Source: Bacteroidales bacterium UBA5072
GTDB taxonomy: Bacteria; Bacteroidota; Bacteroidia; Bacteroidales; UBA10428
Length of the DNA: 64,000 nucleotides
Assembly (NCBI GenBank): GCA_002415855.1
Contig: DIAS01000056.1
Location: 2,274-66,273, forward strand
Direction of reading: 5' to 3'
In this document: positions 1-9,954 of the stretch, piece by piece
Numbering within the stretch: position 1 is the stretch's first letter
Layout: every line of letters begins with the position of its first letter
The notes under the pieces: generated by a model
Seen by the model: only the letters and a program-made list of their open reading frames with translations
What the model was told of the DNA's origin: nothing
Databases searched by the model: none
Made by a program: the position numbers and the translations under genes

Positions 1-224
1 TTTGTGTGAATCCGGCTTTTAAAGAATTGGAAGTAAATCTTCGTAAGGCAGGCCTGAACATTAAGGATATACACGATCTCGAAATTGAAGTGGACAAAAT
101 TACAGGAATACCAAGCCCACTTGAATATACTGATAAAATCGTGGGAATTGTTGAGTATCGTGATGGTACCGTAATCGATGTAATTCATCAGATCGTGGAG
201 AAAAGTGATTATAAACTGTATTGA
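1..224 (+). CDS. 3' end of a gene truncated by the window edge; possibly the C-terminus of citrate lyase alpha subunit (CitF)
   Basis: The frame stays open back to nt 3, so the GTG at 6 is probably internal. The tail ...IVEYRDGTVIDVIHQ... resembles what I recall of CitF C-termini. Its TGA stop overlaps the TTG start of the downstream citX/citG fusion (TTGA). The call rests on memory plus synteny only. Confidence 0.4.
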   Translation, partial: CVNPAFKELEVNLRKAGLNIKDIHDLEIEVDKITGIPSPLEYTDKIVGIVEYRDGTVIDVIHQIVEKSDYKLY

Positions 225-1612
225 AAGCCATCGAACCACTGCAGTCATTATTAGATTCCCGGGATGAGCGGGCCAATCTTCGCAAAAAGATTGCCCTCAC
301 AGGAATCCCATCGGTTAGTTTAAGCCTGAACGTTCCCGGTTTTCCGAAAAGCAATACCATTACGCAAAAGTTCTTTTATATCTGCCTGGAGGATCTAAAT
401 TACTTTTTAAAAGCCAACCGTATTTCGGTCAACCACGAAGGCGCAATCTATCAAACGGATATGGCCGGCGATTTTTTTATCGCACCATTTTCAGCTACAC
501 AAATAACAACGATTGAAATTAAGCAGCTATGTGAACAATTTGAAGAAAGACATCCTTTAGGAAGATTTCTGGATGTAGATTTGACTGATGGCACAGGTGA
601 TCCGGTTTCGTCAGGAAAGGCCAAGCTCTGCTTTTTCTGCCGTCAGAAGCCTGCTGATATATGCAGGCACGAAGAAGCACATGATCTGAACGAATTAAGA
701 AAATTCATGTTTTCGAAGATGGAAATGTTTTGTACCCATCATCGCGAAGCGGAGCTGAGCAGAGAGATTTCTTCCCTGGCCCTTAAAGCCATTCTTTATG
801 AAATATCCCTGACACCGAAACCCGGTTTGGTTGATAAACTCAGCAACGGTAGTCATACCGATATGAGTTTTCGGACTTTCATCGACTCCTCGGCTGCTAT
901 TTCGGCTTATTTTGCTGATTTGGTTCAGGCAGGTTTTGCTTTTCATGCAAATGACCTGGTCAAGGCACTCCCCATTGTGCGTAATATTGGCCTACGAATG
1001 GAAACTGCCATGTTTTCCAGTACACAGAACGTAAATACACAAAAAGGGCTCATTTTTCTTATGGGCATATCTTTATTTGCCCTTGGTTATTTGTTCGCCG
1101 GGCAGGAAAAGTTCGAGACTGAAAAGTTCCGAGAAATAATAAAACAGATTTGTAAGGATTTAATTCACAAAGAACTGGAGTATCCAGATCCGAGAGAGAA
1201 AACACATGGTGAAGATATCTATTGCAGGTATTCTGTTTCAGGAGCCAGAGGGGAGGCAGAGAGCGGATTTCCTATGGTTTTTGAGTTTGGGCTTCCGGAA
1301 TTGCTCAAATACAGGGAACTGAATGAAGAAGCACTGCAAAAGGCTTTTCTCTCAATAGCCGCACACAACAATGATACGAATATTATTTACCGCAGCAACC
1401 TTGACGTACTGAAGAACTTTAAAATTCTATCGGGTAATGCGTTAACCCATTTTAATCCTGAAAGTTACAGGCAATTAATGGATTACTGTGCAAAAGAAAA
1501 TATTTCCCCGGGAGGTTCTGCTGATCTGCTGGCTTTGACCATTTTTGTATATTCATTGATTACATCAGGTGACACAGATAAATTTACATGGTGGATAAAA
1601 CATGATCCATGA
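221..1612 (+). CDS. citXG: bifunctional CitX/CitG: apo-citrate lyase phosphoribosyl-dephospho-CoA transferase fused to triphosphoribosyl-dephospho-CoA synthase
   Basis: The N-terminal ~170 aa are CitX-like (LLDSRDERANLRKKI...). The C-terminal part carries the CitG/MdcB signature LTPKPGLVDKLSNGSHTDM. TTG start; 4-nt overlaps with both neighbours. Confidence 0.8.
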   Translation: MKAIEPLQSLLDSRDERANLRKKIALTGIPSVSLSLNVPGFPKSNTITQKFFYICLEDLNYFLKANRISVNHEGAIYQTDMAGDFFIAPFSATQITTIEIKQLCEQFEERHPLGRFLDVDLTDGTGDPVSSGKAKLCFFCRQKPADICRHEEAHDLNELRKFMFSKMEMFCTHHREAELSREISSLALKAILYEISLTPKPGLVDKLSNGSHTDMSFRTFIDSSAAISAYFADLVQAGFAFHANDLVKALPIVRNIGLRMETAMFSSTQNVNTQKGLIFLMGISLFALGYLFAGQEKFETEKFREIIKQICKDLIHKELEYPDPREKTHGEDIYCRYSVSGARGEAESGFPMVFEFGLPELLKYRELNEEALQKAFLSIAAHNNDTNIIYRSNLDVLKNFKILSGNALTHFNPESYRQLMDYCAKENISPGGSADLLALTIFVYSLITSGDTDKFTWWIKHDP

Positions 1613-2694
1613 ATTTTGAAGATACTGATTTTCGGCAGGAAACGATCGATCTGGAAAGTCCGTTCGATGTTAAAAGACTAAAAGATTTTCTTTCCCCTTT
1701 GGGGTTTGACTTCGACCCTTCGGAGGTGGAATGTACCATGATTGTTTACAATCTGAAGGGAGAACTGGTTGGAACGGGATCCCATCAGGGCAGAATTTTA
1801 AAATATGTGGCGGTTGCACCAAAATTTCGCGACACCACTGCCTTCGCTCTGATAGTTACCTACCTGACGGAGAAGCTGTTAAAAATTTATAAGCATACTT
1901 TCGTTTTTACCCGTCCTGAAAATGCAATACATTTCCGCGGACTGGGATATAATGAAATTGCCACTGCCCCACCACTCTTTACGGTGCTGGAACTCGGTTT
2001 TGAATCCATCCGCACCTATCAGAATTATCTTAAAACATTAATTCTACCTGCGAATACATCAGCTGTTGCTGCAATTGTAGTCAACTGCAATCCATTTACA
2101 AACGGACATAAATTCCTGATCGAGAAAGCTGCCCTGGAAAATGAAGTTGTTTATCTTTTTGTTGTGGAAGAAGAAAGATCGGCCTTTCCTTTTTCTGTGC
2201 GTTTTGAATTGATTCATAAAGGAATTGAACATCTTGCTAATGTAGTGATGGTACGGGGCGGTATGTATGTAGTATCGGGTGCCATTTTCCCTTCCTATTT
2301 CTTGAAATGTGAAGCGATTGATGAGGTGATGCAGAAACAGGCTGAACTGGATGTGACCGTATTTGCAAAATATATAGTTCCTGTGTTGAAGATTCGAAGG
2401 CGCTATGTAGGAACCGAGGTGCATTGTAAAACTACTGAAGCCTATAACAATGCCATGAAGTCTATTTTACCTGGCTTTGGGGTTGATGTTATTGAAGTGG
2501 AACGCAAGGCAATCGGGACTGATATCAATGGTTTGCCTGATTACATCAGTGCATCAAAGGTTCGGCAGGCCATTAAGGAAGACCGGCTCATGGATGTGCT
2601 CGATTTTTTGCCTGATTCTACCAGGGAATTCCTGTTGTCGGATGATTCCCTCGTGGTCAGGCACAGCATTAAGTCGGGTCATGGAAGACACTGA
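1609..2694 (+). CDS. citC: [citrate (pro-3S)-lyase] ligase
   Basis: N-terminal acetyltransferase-like part plus a cytidylyltransferase-type motif VNCNPFTNGHKFLIEKAA. ATGA overlap with citXG. Confidence 0.85.
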   Translation: MNFEDTDFRQETIDLESPFDVKRLKDFLSPLGFDFDPSEVECTMIVYNLKGELVGTGSHQGRILKYVAVAPKFRDTTAFALIVTYLTEKLLKIYKHTFVFTRPENAIHFRGLGYNEIATAPPLFTVLELGFESIRTYQNYLKTLILPANTSAVAAIVVNCNPFTNGHKFLIEKAALENEVVYLFVVEEERSAFPFSVRFELIHKGIEHLANVVMVRGGMYVVSGAIFPSYFLKCEAIDEVMQKQAELDVTVFAKYIVPVLKIRRRYVGTEVHCKTTEAYNNAMKSILPGFGVDVIEVERKAIGTDINGLPDYISASKVRQAIKEDRLMDVLDFLPDSTREFLLSDDSLVVRHSIKSGHGRH

Positions 2695-2866
2695 GTTATG
2701 CTCAGTTTAAGCTGTATCAACAACAAAGCCCCGGATTGCGGGAGTATTATTCATTCATAATATAAAAAGGCCTGTTCATATAACACCAGCGCCCAACGAT
2801 CAAAAAAAAAATATGTTTTATGTCATTTATCGTATAAAAAACAATTGAAAACTAATCTCACCTATC

Positions 2867-3271
2867 ATGGAATCTATCAATATTGAAGCAACGGATTCTA
2901 CTCCGGCCATTAGGTTTGGAGCGGATGGAAGACTTTTCATTGAGGGACGTTCCTTGCGTCTGCACATTGTTGACTTCTACAAACCCCTGATTGATTGGGC
3001 AGGTAACCTGGAGGTTGAGACTGTAACATTCGATATAAATCTTGAATATGTTGACACCGGCTGCTCGCATTTGCTCCATAAGCTCCTGAAAACACTTGAT
3101 GTCAATAACAGCATTAAAAAGCTTATCATAAACTGGCATTATGAGGAGGTTGATTTTGATGCGTTGCAGGACGGCCAGATTTTAAAGGAAATGCTGCAAA
3201 AGGCTGAATTCAGGTTTCATGAACATCCGGAGTCAATCACCATAATCTCAGATCCTCTTAAAGATAGTTAA
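2867..3271 (+). CDS. DUF1987 / SiaC-family regulatory protein
   Basis: The N-terminus MESINIEATDSTPAIRFGADGRLFIEGRSL...FYKPLIDW matches the DUF1987 pattern as I remember it. Confidence 0.65.
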   Translation: MESINIEATDSTPAIRFGADGRLFIEGRSLRLHIVDFYKPLIDWAGNLEVETVTFDINLEYVDTGCSHLLHKLLKTLDVNNSIKKLIINWHYEEVDFDALQDGQILKEMLQKAEFRFHEHPESITIISDPLKDS

Positions 3272-3396
3272 AACATGATGCAAAATTCCCTGGGAATCAT
3301 CTATCCCTGATGACCGGGTATTCCCATTCCGTTGTCAGATTCCTCAACCAATACAGAATCTTCAATTTGTGCGGAATCTTTATACTTGCCAGTGTT

Positions 3397-5409
3397 TTAC
3401 TCGATCACGTCCTTAAGCTGGCACAGGGAATAATTCCATAAAACATCGTGCATAAAAGCCGGGAATAACTTTTTAAGGAGTTTGTTTCGGAAATTGAAAC
3501 CAACATAAATGGATAACATAAATTCACCATCAATAAACTCACTGCCCTTCTTAAGTGGATCTATCTCAAAGAAAAATATCCCGCCCCTGCCAAAGCCGTC
3601 TAAAATCTCATAACTAATATGTTTCCCGGGAATTGCCTTTAACAATTGCAGACTGAATGATAATTGATCCGGATAAATATGATAACGAATAATACTGTCT
3701 GGCTGATTTGCTTCACCTGATATTCTTCTGATATCTATAAATCTTGGTTTGAAATACTTCCTGTCCTTATCCCCGAAATTACCCAGTTCTTCGTAAATTT
3801 TATCTCTTGGAGCGCTGATTCTGATGGAATACATTCTTTCAAAATCCAACGATCCTCTTCCCAGATTCCCGGAAAACTCTTTCCTAATGGCTTCTGTCCT
3901 GGCATCAAATACCTCCTTCTGAACCCCGGTTGTAAATCGTCCAAAATTACCCCATACCAGGCCAAAGAATAATTCAGTAATGTAGTTTCTTACTGTTACC
4001 AAAAGTCCCCCGGTAAAAATCGACCATATTACAAAGGGATGGAACATCGCAACAAGGATATTACTATAAGTATCTTCTCCGCTTGCCGTATTCCATAAGA
4101 TTTTCTCAAGTCTTCTGTGCTCCAGTGCCTGCGTTTTTCTTTCTGTGATAACCGCCTGGTATATTATCCTGCTTAACAAAGAGCTGCTGAAACATACTCT
4201 GATGAACAAAAATACCAGTTTACCCAGGGTGTTATTTGTCCGGTATTTTCTGATCACCGGACCGTATCCTTCTCTGAGGCTTCCTGTATCGATACCCCTT
4301 GTTAAGATGGTTTCAGAAAGTCTGGTTGATATTTCATAGGCAGAGCCTATCCCGTCTTTGTACAAATTGGAGGTAAACATATCTCCGATAACCGCAATCC
4401 TGTCACCATAAGGATTCTTAGCTACTCCGGTGACCATATTGGGGGTGCAAATGCAAATATTCTTTAGTTTTACCCCCTGCGGGAGTATTTTTCTTATGTG
4501 GGGCAAACCCATAAATTCATTTATTATCCTCAGGTTATCCTTTGTGGTTGCATTGTCGATGGTTTTACCAATTAATACCACGGTGATGTATTTTCCCTTG
4601 GGCGCTATGGAGATCATCTCTAATTTCAGGTTGCGTGATCCGTGCAGTATGAAATAGAGCTCTCTGTTTATTTTATGCATAAACCGGTCGGTGTCTCCTC
4701 CCTGCAGCTCAAATATTATGGCCTTTCTTAACCTGGGGGGCTTGAATCCCGGAATCATTTTATGAAGGTAGGAGACGGGCTGCTTTCCAACATCAAATCT
4801 ATCACCCACTACCCCGTTCACCCCTCCTCCAAATGCAACAAAGTCTGATACAATTATTTGACTGTTGCCGTCATAACGCACAACAACCCTTCCATCATCG
4901 GAATATTGCAGATCAGTAACCTCCGAATTGATAATCACTGCGCCTTCTTTTGCGGCGCTTTCCAATAAGAAAGTATCAAAATTATAAATACTGTCACTTC
5001 TGCCCCCGGGCCTTGATCCTCTGTATACCGAGGTCATTTCTTTCAAAACCTCCAGCGATATTGTTTTCCAATCGGCAAAGATATTTATGATAACCACCTT
5101 GTCCATAATGATTCCGACAGGCAGATGGAGCCCCATCTTCTTTAAGGCATCCCCAATCTTCGGACTTAATCCTCCTGCACAATAATTACACTCTCCTATA
5201 TGGCATTCCGATCTTTTTTGTTCATCAATATTCATGCTCTTCTTCTTTTCCATGATGATGACCGCTACCGATAAACCGATCTTTTTAGAATACCTTAAAA
5301 GATCAATAGCCAGGAATGACCCGGCAGGTCCGCCGCCAATAATAACCACTTTAGCGCCATCTGGTAATCGCAACCTTTTGTATGACTTGCCAAACGAATT
5401 CGGATTCAA
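3397..5409 (-). CDS. NAD(P)/FAD-dependent oxidoreductase with a long C-terminal extension
   Basis: Rossmann dinucleotide motif VVIIGGGPAGSFLAIDLL near the N-terminus, and a geranylgeranyl-reductase-like middle region. The C-terminal ~200 aa are of unknown fold. Confidence 0.6.
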   Translation of the reverse strand: MNPNSFGKSYKRLRLPDGAKVVIIGGGPAGSFLAIDLLRYSKKIGLSVAVIIMEKKKSMNIDEQKRSECHIGECNYCAGGLSPKIGDALKKMGLHLPVGIIMDKVVIINIFADWKTISLEVLKEMTSVYRGSRPGGRSDSIYNFDTFLLESAAKEGAVIINSEVTDLQYSDDGRVVVRYDGNSQIIVSDFVAFGGGVNGVVGDRFDVGKQPVSYLHKMIPGFKPPRLRKAIIFELQGGDTDRFMHKINRELYFILHGSRNLKLEMISIAPKGKYITVVLIGKTIDNATTKDNLRIINEFMGLPHIRKILPQGVKLKNICICTPNMVTGVAKNPYGDRIAVIGDMFTSNLYKDGIGSAYEISTRLSETILTRGIDTGSLREGYGPVIRKYRTNNTLGKLVFLFIRVCFSSSLLSRIIYQAVITERKTQALEHRRLEKILWNTASGEDTYSNILVAMFHPFVIWSIFTGGLLVTVRNYITELFFGLVWGNFGRFTTGVQKEVFDARTEAIRKEFSGNLGRGSLDFERMYSIRISAPRDKIYEELGNFGDKDRKYFKPRFIDIRRISGEANQPDSIIRYHIYPDQLSFSLQLLKAIPGKHISYEILDGFGRGGIFFFEIDPLKKGSEFIDGEFMLSIYVGFNFRNKLLKKLFPAFMHDVLWNYSLCQLKDVIE

Positions 5410-5583
5410 TGGATCGGAATTTAAATCGGATGAGTTAATTACATGAAAAGTATTCCCGCCAAAGTTAAGCCTTAATGCTATCTGAAGATAAATTTATTTT
5501 GGATCCTGTGAACTTCAGAAATTTGCCTGTCCGGTTCTGCCTGAAACAACTTGTCCCCTCAATTGTTTACCAGGGAATAACCA

Positions 5584-5919
5584 ATGTCTGCAAAAATGAA
5601 TTTGAGACAGAACAAGTGCAAACCCTGTGAAGGCGGCGTTGCGCCACTGGAAAAATCTGAAATCGGTTCATTCATGGAACAATTGCACGGCGATTGGAAG
5701 ATCGTGGATGAAAACAAGATATCCCGTGAATTTTCCTTTGTGAATTACAGGCACACCATTGACTTTGTGAACCAGGTGGCCGACCTGGCTGAACAGGAAG
5801 GGCATCACCCGGTTTTGCACGTTTATTATGCACGTCTTGTTGTGGAACTTTGGACCCATGCAATAAACGGATTGTCGGAGAACGACTTTATACTGGCAGC
5901 AAAAATCGATGGCATTTGA
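5584..5919 (+). CDS. 4a-hydroxytetrahydrobiopterin (pterin-4a-carbinolamine) dehydratase
   Basis: 111 aa. Motif FVNQVADLAEQEGHHPVLHVYYARLVVELWTH is typical of the PCD/DCoH family. Confidence 0.85.
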   Translation: MSAKMNLRQNKCKPCEGGVAPLEKSEIGSFMEQLHGDWKIVDENKISREFSFVNYRHTIDFVNQVADLAEQEGHHPVLHVYYARLVVELWTHAINGLSENDFILAAKIDGI

Positions 5920-5976
5920 AAATACCCATGCAATTCGACCCGGCGAATTTTCCATGCCAACCTGCATTGTGCTGAT

Positions 5977-6477
5977 TCAGTCTGCATTCAACAGATTGTC
6001 AAGGTTTTCCAGAGCAGCGGTAAATCCTTCTTTAAAGCCCATTTCCATGTACTTTTCTACATCCGAAGATTCATTAAAACTGATTTCGACACCAACAAAT
6101 GTTGTACCCGATCCTGGCTTAAACTCCACGTTCCAAGTTGGACTTGGTAACTTCAGATCAATTTTGCCATTTTCATCACAAAAAGCATCCTGACCGGTAA
6201 ATTTCTTCAAATGTAAAATGGATTTGTAATCCGACCTGCCCCAGATTTCAGTTCCATCCGGTCCTACCATGGCATATAACCAGTATCCGCCTTCCCTGAA
6301 ATCCATAACTTTGGTTTTAGATTGCCAGGGCTTTGGCGCCCACCATTGGTCCAGTAATTGGCTCTCCGTCCATGCTGCCCATACTTTTGAGACCGGTGCA
6401 GCAAATTCACGGCTTACCTTGATTTTATTATTTTCCTTATCAACGGAAAAATTCATTAACAACAGGTTACTTTTCAT
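5977..6477 (-). CDS. SRPBCC (AHSA1/Aha1-like) domain protein
   Basis: Motif [29 protein letters not shown]. Overlaps the upstream ArsR gene by 11 nt, a common ArsR-SRPBCC pair. Confidence 0.75.
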   Translation of the reverse strand: MKSNLLLMNFSVDKENNKIKVSREFAAPVSKVWAAWTESQLLDQWWAPKPWQSKTKVMDFREGGYWLYAMVGPDGTEIWGRSDYKSILHLKKFTGQDAFCDENGKIDLKLPSPTWNVEFKPGSGTTFVGVEISFNESSDVEKYMEMGFKEGFTAALENLDNLLNAD

Positions 6478-6793
6478 TTTCGTTTGAATTTAAGTTCATG
6501 AATAACTTGTCAAGCCGATCAAAACGATCTTCCCAATGCTTTTTAAACTGGTCCAACCATTTGTCTACTTCCTTCATTTTAACCGCATCAAAATGATAGT
6601 AAATCTCCCTGCCGACTTTATCCTGTTTTAATAACTGGCATTCTGTAAGAATTTTTATGTGTTTGGAAACTGCCTGACGGGTTATGTTGAATTCTCCTGC
6701 CAGAGCAGTTGGGGTCGTTGCCTGGGTGGCAATTAATACCAGAATTGCTCTTCGTGTGGGGTCGGCAATGGCTTGAAAAACATCGCGCTTCAT
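6467..6793 (-). CDS. ArsR/SmtB-family transcriptional regulator
   Basis: [18 protein letters not shown]...[13 protein letters not shown] is a winged-HTH signature. Confidence 0.85.
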   Translation of the reverse strand: MKRDVFQAIADPTRRAILVLIATQATTPTALAGEFNITRQAVSKHIKILTECQLLKQDKVGREIYYHFDAVKMKEVDKWLDQFKKHWEDRFDRLDKLFMNLNSNENEK

Positions 6794-6936
6794 TGCAAGA
6801 TTATTTAATGCAACTATTCGGTTGCAAATTTACATGCAATTGTCCGGTCGTGAGAATTTTTTGGTTATAAATTTCATCTAAATAAGCCCCTTACTCCCCA
6901 TGATTTTCAACGTAAATTTGTATTTAAAATATACCC

Positions 6937-7158
6937 ATGTCTACACTTAACAGGATTCTGATACTATCTGGAGTTATCCTTATCCTTGCCGGACTCATCC
7001 TTCATTTTGCCGGCAACAAATTAAACTGGATCGGTCATTTGCCCGGCGATATCAGGATTGAAAAGGAGACCTTCAGGTTCTATTTCCCGGTCACTACCAT
7101 GATTCTCCTCAGTATCATTCTTACTGGAATCTTATGGATCATCAGGAAATTGTTATAG
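6937..7158 (+). CDS. DUF2905 small membrane protein
   Basis: 73 aa with two TM segments and the motif HLPGDIRIEKE. Confidence 0.65.
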   Translation: MSTLNRILILSGVILILAGLILHFAGNKLNWIGHLPGDIRIEKETFRFYFPVTTMILLSIILTGILWIIRKLL

Positions 7159-7332
7159 ACAAAGCACTGTTTTAATGCCTGCAAAGGTTCTTTGAGACAG
7201 CCCCGGTCCAATAATGTATGGAATTGTCATCAACGAAGAAGCATCATGACATGACATAAATAAAATTGTGTGCTTTGGCAAATATTACCATTTACTTAAC
7301 TTATTTTTATTCCGGTAATAAGGATTTTAATT

Positions 7333-8346
7333 ATGGCATTTAAGGATAATTATTCCAAAGGCTGTAAAGCCTGTCAGAATGGTAAATGGTTATGCATTTT
7401 CCTTACTTATCAGTGCAATGCTGCCTGTACATTTTGTCCTGCTCCCTTTAAAAACAGGGATCTTATTAATTCTGCCCTGGGCAATGATCCATCCACCATA
7501 CTGGGATATCTGGAATTATACCCCTTCGAGGGGATTAGTTTTTCAGGAGGAGAATGTTTTATTGTTTATGACAGAATGCTTTCCTGGCTTGATTTTTTTA
7601 AAAAGAATCAGCCACAGTTATACTATTGGGCCTATACCAATGGAATCGATATCAAAAAGGAACAGCTCGTTGATTTAAAAAACGCCGGACTAAACGAATT
7701 GCGTTTTAATATTGCCGCTTCCGGTTATAATGATCCCTTGGTTTTAGAATCCATTGCAGATGCATCAGAAATCTTTGAGCATGTAACGGTTGAAATTCCA
7801 TCCATACCCGATGATTTTGAAAAACTCATTAAGACTATACCTCTGCTGGAGAAAATGCGGGTAGACTATTTAAATCTTCATGAATACCTCCTGGTTGCAG
7901 GTGATCCGAACAGCAAGAATGCTCCGGCAGGGCGGTTCCTTATGAACCTTAGTATGCCTATGGATTATCATCAGAAAAGCTTGCTGAATACTGAGAAAAT
8001 AAGTTCTTTTTGTGCCGAGAATGATTTTAACATAAAAATAAACAACTGTTCGCTCATGAAAAAGGAGCATCAGATGTATGGAAGAAGAATAACCATGGGT
8101 ACGCTGTTTAAAGAAGATCATGAAAAGCTTACGAAGGATGGATTTCTTGAAACAATATTCTCCCCGGGGAGAATTTCTGATGAGGTGGATGAAAACCTAA
8201 GTAACTATCATAGGGCAGATCGGTCATATTTCATTCATCCAGATCACTTTACGAAAACCGGATCCGATGCTTATCTGTTAAAGATTATGCCAAAACTGGG
8301 TGTAAATGACCACCCCAGAGTCATTGAGTACACAAAGCTCACATGA
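7333..8346 (+). CDS. radical SAM protein with no SPASM tail
   Basis: CxxxCxxC motif LTYQCNAACTFCPAP and a GGE motif SFSGGECF. An extra N-terminal Cys pair is present (CKACQNGKWLC). First gene of the plus-strand operon. Confidence 0.75.
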   Translation: MAFKDNYSKGCKACQNGKWLCIFLTYQCNAACTFCPAPFKNRDLINSALGNDPSTILGYLELYPFEGISFSGGECFIVYDRMLSWLDFFKKNQPQLYYWAYTNGIDIKKEQLVDLKNAGLNELRFNIAASGYNDPLVLESIADASEIFEHVTVEIPSIPDDFEKLIKTIPLLEKMRVDYLNLHEYLLVAGDPNSKNAPAGRFLMNLSMPMDYHQKSLLNTEKISSFCAENDFNIKINNCSLMKKEHQMYGRRITMGTLFKEDHEKLTKDGFLETIFSPGRISDEVDENLSNYHRADRSYFIHPDHFTKTGSDAYLLKIMPKLGVNDHPRVIEYTKLT

Positions 8347-9674
8347 ATAATTCTTCAACATCCCACCGGTATGAGATCTCGTTCCCAGGAGGTAGAATTG
8401 TTTATCTTCCGCTGGAAGGCAGGATAATTGACATTACCGGAAAAGGAACAATTGTACTGCCTGACAAACGAAAGATTGGAATTATGATGGATCTCATGGA
8501 AGGCATGGATCCTGTGACAACAGCATTCAAGCCTGTTTGCCTGACAATATACACCAGTCACCAATGCAATCTTCAGTGTCAGTATTGTTATGTGCCGGAC
8601 AAAGAGTTGTATCCGAAAACAATTGTGGCTTCCGCCGCGGTTGATGCAGCTGCCAGGTTTGTGGCCAAAAATTGCCGGGAAAGGAAGCAGCCCTTTATCC
8701 TTGGTTTTCACGGCGGCAACGAACCCCTGATGAACCTGGGAAAAATCGAAGATCTCATTCATATTGCCGAATCTGTTGCGCAGAAAAATGATCTGGAGTT
8801 TTTGCCCTTCTGTACCACCAATGGCGTTATCCCTGAAAAAACGGCCAAATGGGCTGCCGGCATCTTTCACGGAATAACGCTTTCATGGGATGGCCCTCCG
8901 GAAATACACGACAAATACCGAAAGGATAAGTTGGGGAGAAATACCAGCCCCCAGGTCAGAAAAACGGTCGGTATCTTCAGTGATCTGATGGATCCCGGGA
9001 GACTGTCTGTACGCTGTACCATTTCCGGGGCTTCTGTGGAAAGGATGGAAGAATTGGCAGAGTATTTCAACAGGGCCGGCATAAAGCGTGTCGAGTTTTA
9101 TCCGGTTTTTAATGTCCCTGAAAAATCACTCCGGAAGGATTTAATACCTGATCCCGGGAAATTTGCATATAATTTTACTAAGGCCAGGGCTTATGGCGAT
9201 GCAAACGGGATCCAGGTCTGCTTCTCAGGTTCCAGGATCACAGATTATCACGGAAGGTATTGCATGATCCTGCAGGATAACCTGACAATAACTCCGGATG
9301 GTTTTCTGACAAACTGTTTCTTTCATACCCAGAATTATGAAAATGAATATGATCAGTATTTCTATGGCCAATTTCATCCTGAAAAGGGTCAGTTGGTAAT
9401 GCACCGGGAGAAACAGAACAGGATGAAGACAGGTTCCGTTTCCAGGCTCGTCGTGTGTTCGGATTGTTTTAACCAGTTCCACTGTTCGCAGGGATGTCCG
9501 GCAGTGTGTCCATTCGATGAAAACTTCCATGAATCAGACACTCCTGAATGCATCAAGGAAAAATGGCTGGGATTGGCCGCCATCTTGGGAAATGCAGGTT
9601 ATTTGAGAACATTTGACAGTGAAATATCGTTTGTTGAATTTTTTTCCGGTATAACAGTTCATCGATTGTCTTAA
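8343..9674 (+). CDS. radical SAM/SPASM peptide-maturase-like enzyme
   Basis: SHQCNLQCQYCYVP, GFHGGNEPLMN, and a C-terminal twitch/SPASM-like Cys cluster CMILQDNLTITPDGFLTNCF ... CSDCFNQFHCSQGCPAVCP. ATGA overlap with the upstream rSAM gene. Confidence 0.85.
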   Translation: MNNSSTSHRYEISFPGGRIVYLPLEGRIIDITGKGTIVLPDKRKIGIMMDLMEGMDPVTTAFKPVCLTIYTSHQCNLQCQYCYVPDKELYPKTIVASAAVDAAARFVAKNCRERKQPFILGFHGGNEPLMNLGKIEDLIHIAESVAQKNDLEFLPFCTTNGVIPEKTAKWAAGIFHGITLSWDGPPEIHDKYRKDKLGRNTSPQVRKTVGIFSDLMDPGRLSVRCTISGASVERMEELAEYFNRAGIKRVEFYPVFNVPEKSLRKDLIPDPGKFAYNFTKARAYGDANGIQVCFSGSRITDYHGRYCMILQDNLTITPDGFLTNCFFHTQNYENEYDQYFYGQFHPEKGQLVMHREKQNRMKTGSVSRLVVCSDCFNQFHCSQGCPAVCPFDENFHESDTPECIKEKWLGLAAILGNAGYLRTFDSEISFVEFFSGITVHRLS

Positions 9675-9954
9675 TGCAGCAAGGAAATTTTTCATGAGGA
9701 AGCGGTTAGCAGCAGAACCATACTCGGATCAGTACGCTTGATGTGCCACACAGCTTGTTGAATCAATTCGCCACTCCCGGTAGCATCCGTAAATCGCTTC
9801 AGTCAGAACTTGACAAAGTCCCTGATATTTATTACATTTGATCAAAGATGGAAAGAATGGCTATTATTCCGGTATTCATGGAAGAATCGCTGTTCATCAT
9901 TTTTTCCAACTGATGTCACTGACAGGCCAATTTATTTGATAAAGTCATGATCTT

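Noticed and set aside
221-1612. CitX-CitG fusion as a novelty
   Set aside because: Fused CitXG proteins are already described in other bacteria (for example Haemophilus). This is ordinary citrate-lyase accessory gene content.
7159-7332. Search for sigma-54 -24/-12 elements upstream of the rSAM operons and the precursor (also 9675-9954, 11723-11754 and 20897-21025)
   Set aside because: Only partial matches were found (for example TGGCAAatattACC at ~7283 and AGGCCAatttaTTTG at ~9924), without correct GG-N10-GC spacing. There is no support for direct sigma-54 control of the biosynthetic genes.
8355-8870. 171-aa ORF antisense to the rSAM/SPASM gene. Similar long antisense ORFs occur at 19997-20617, 42012-42539, 43017-43508, 45126-45578, 59633-60067 and 29161-29493.
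   Set aside because: Each lies wholly inside a gene with clear family motifs on the opposite strand, and each has low-complexity or unrecognisable sequence. They are treated as shadow ORFs.
9675-9954. Tiny ORFs (6-21 aa) on both strands in the 280-nt gap inside the plus-strand operon, considered as extra precursor peptides
   Set aside because: None is Cys-rich or resembles the CxCD family. They are AT-rich and short enough to occur by chance.
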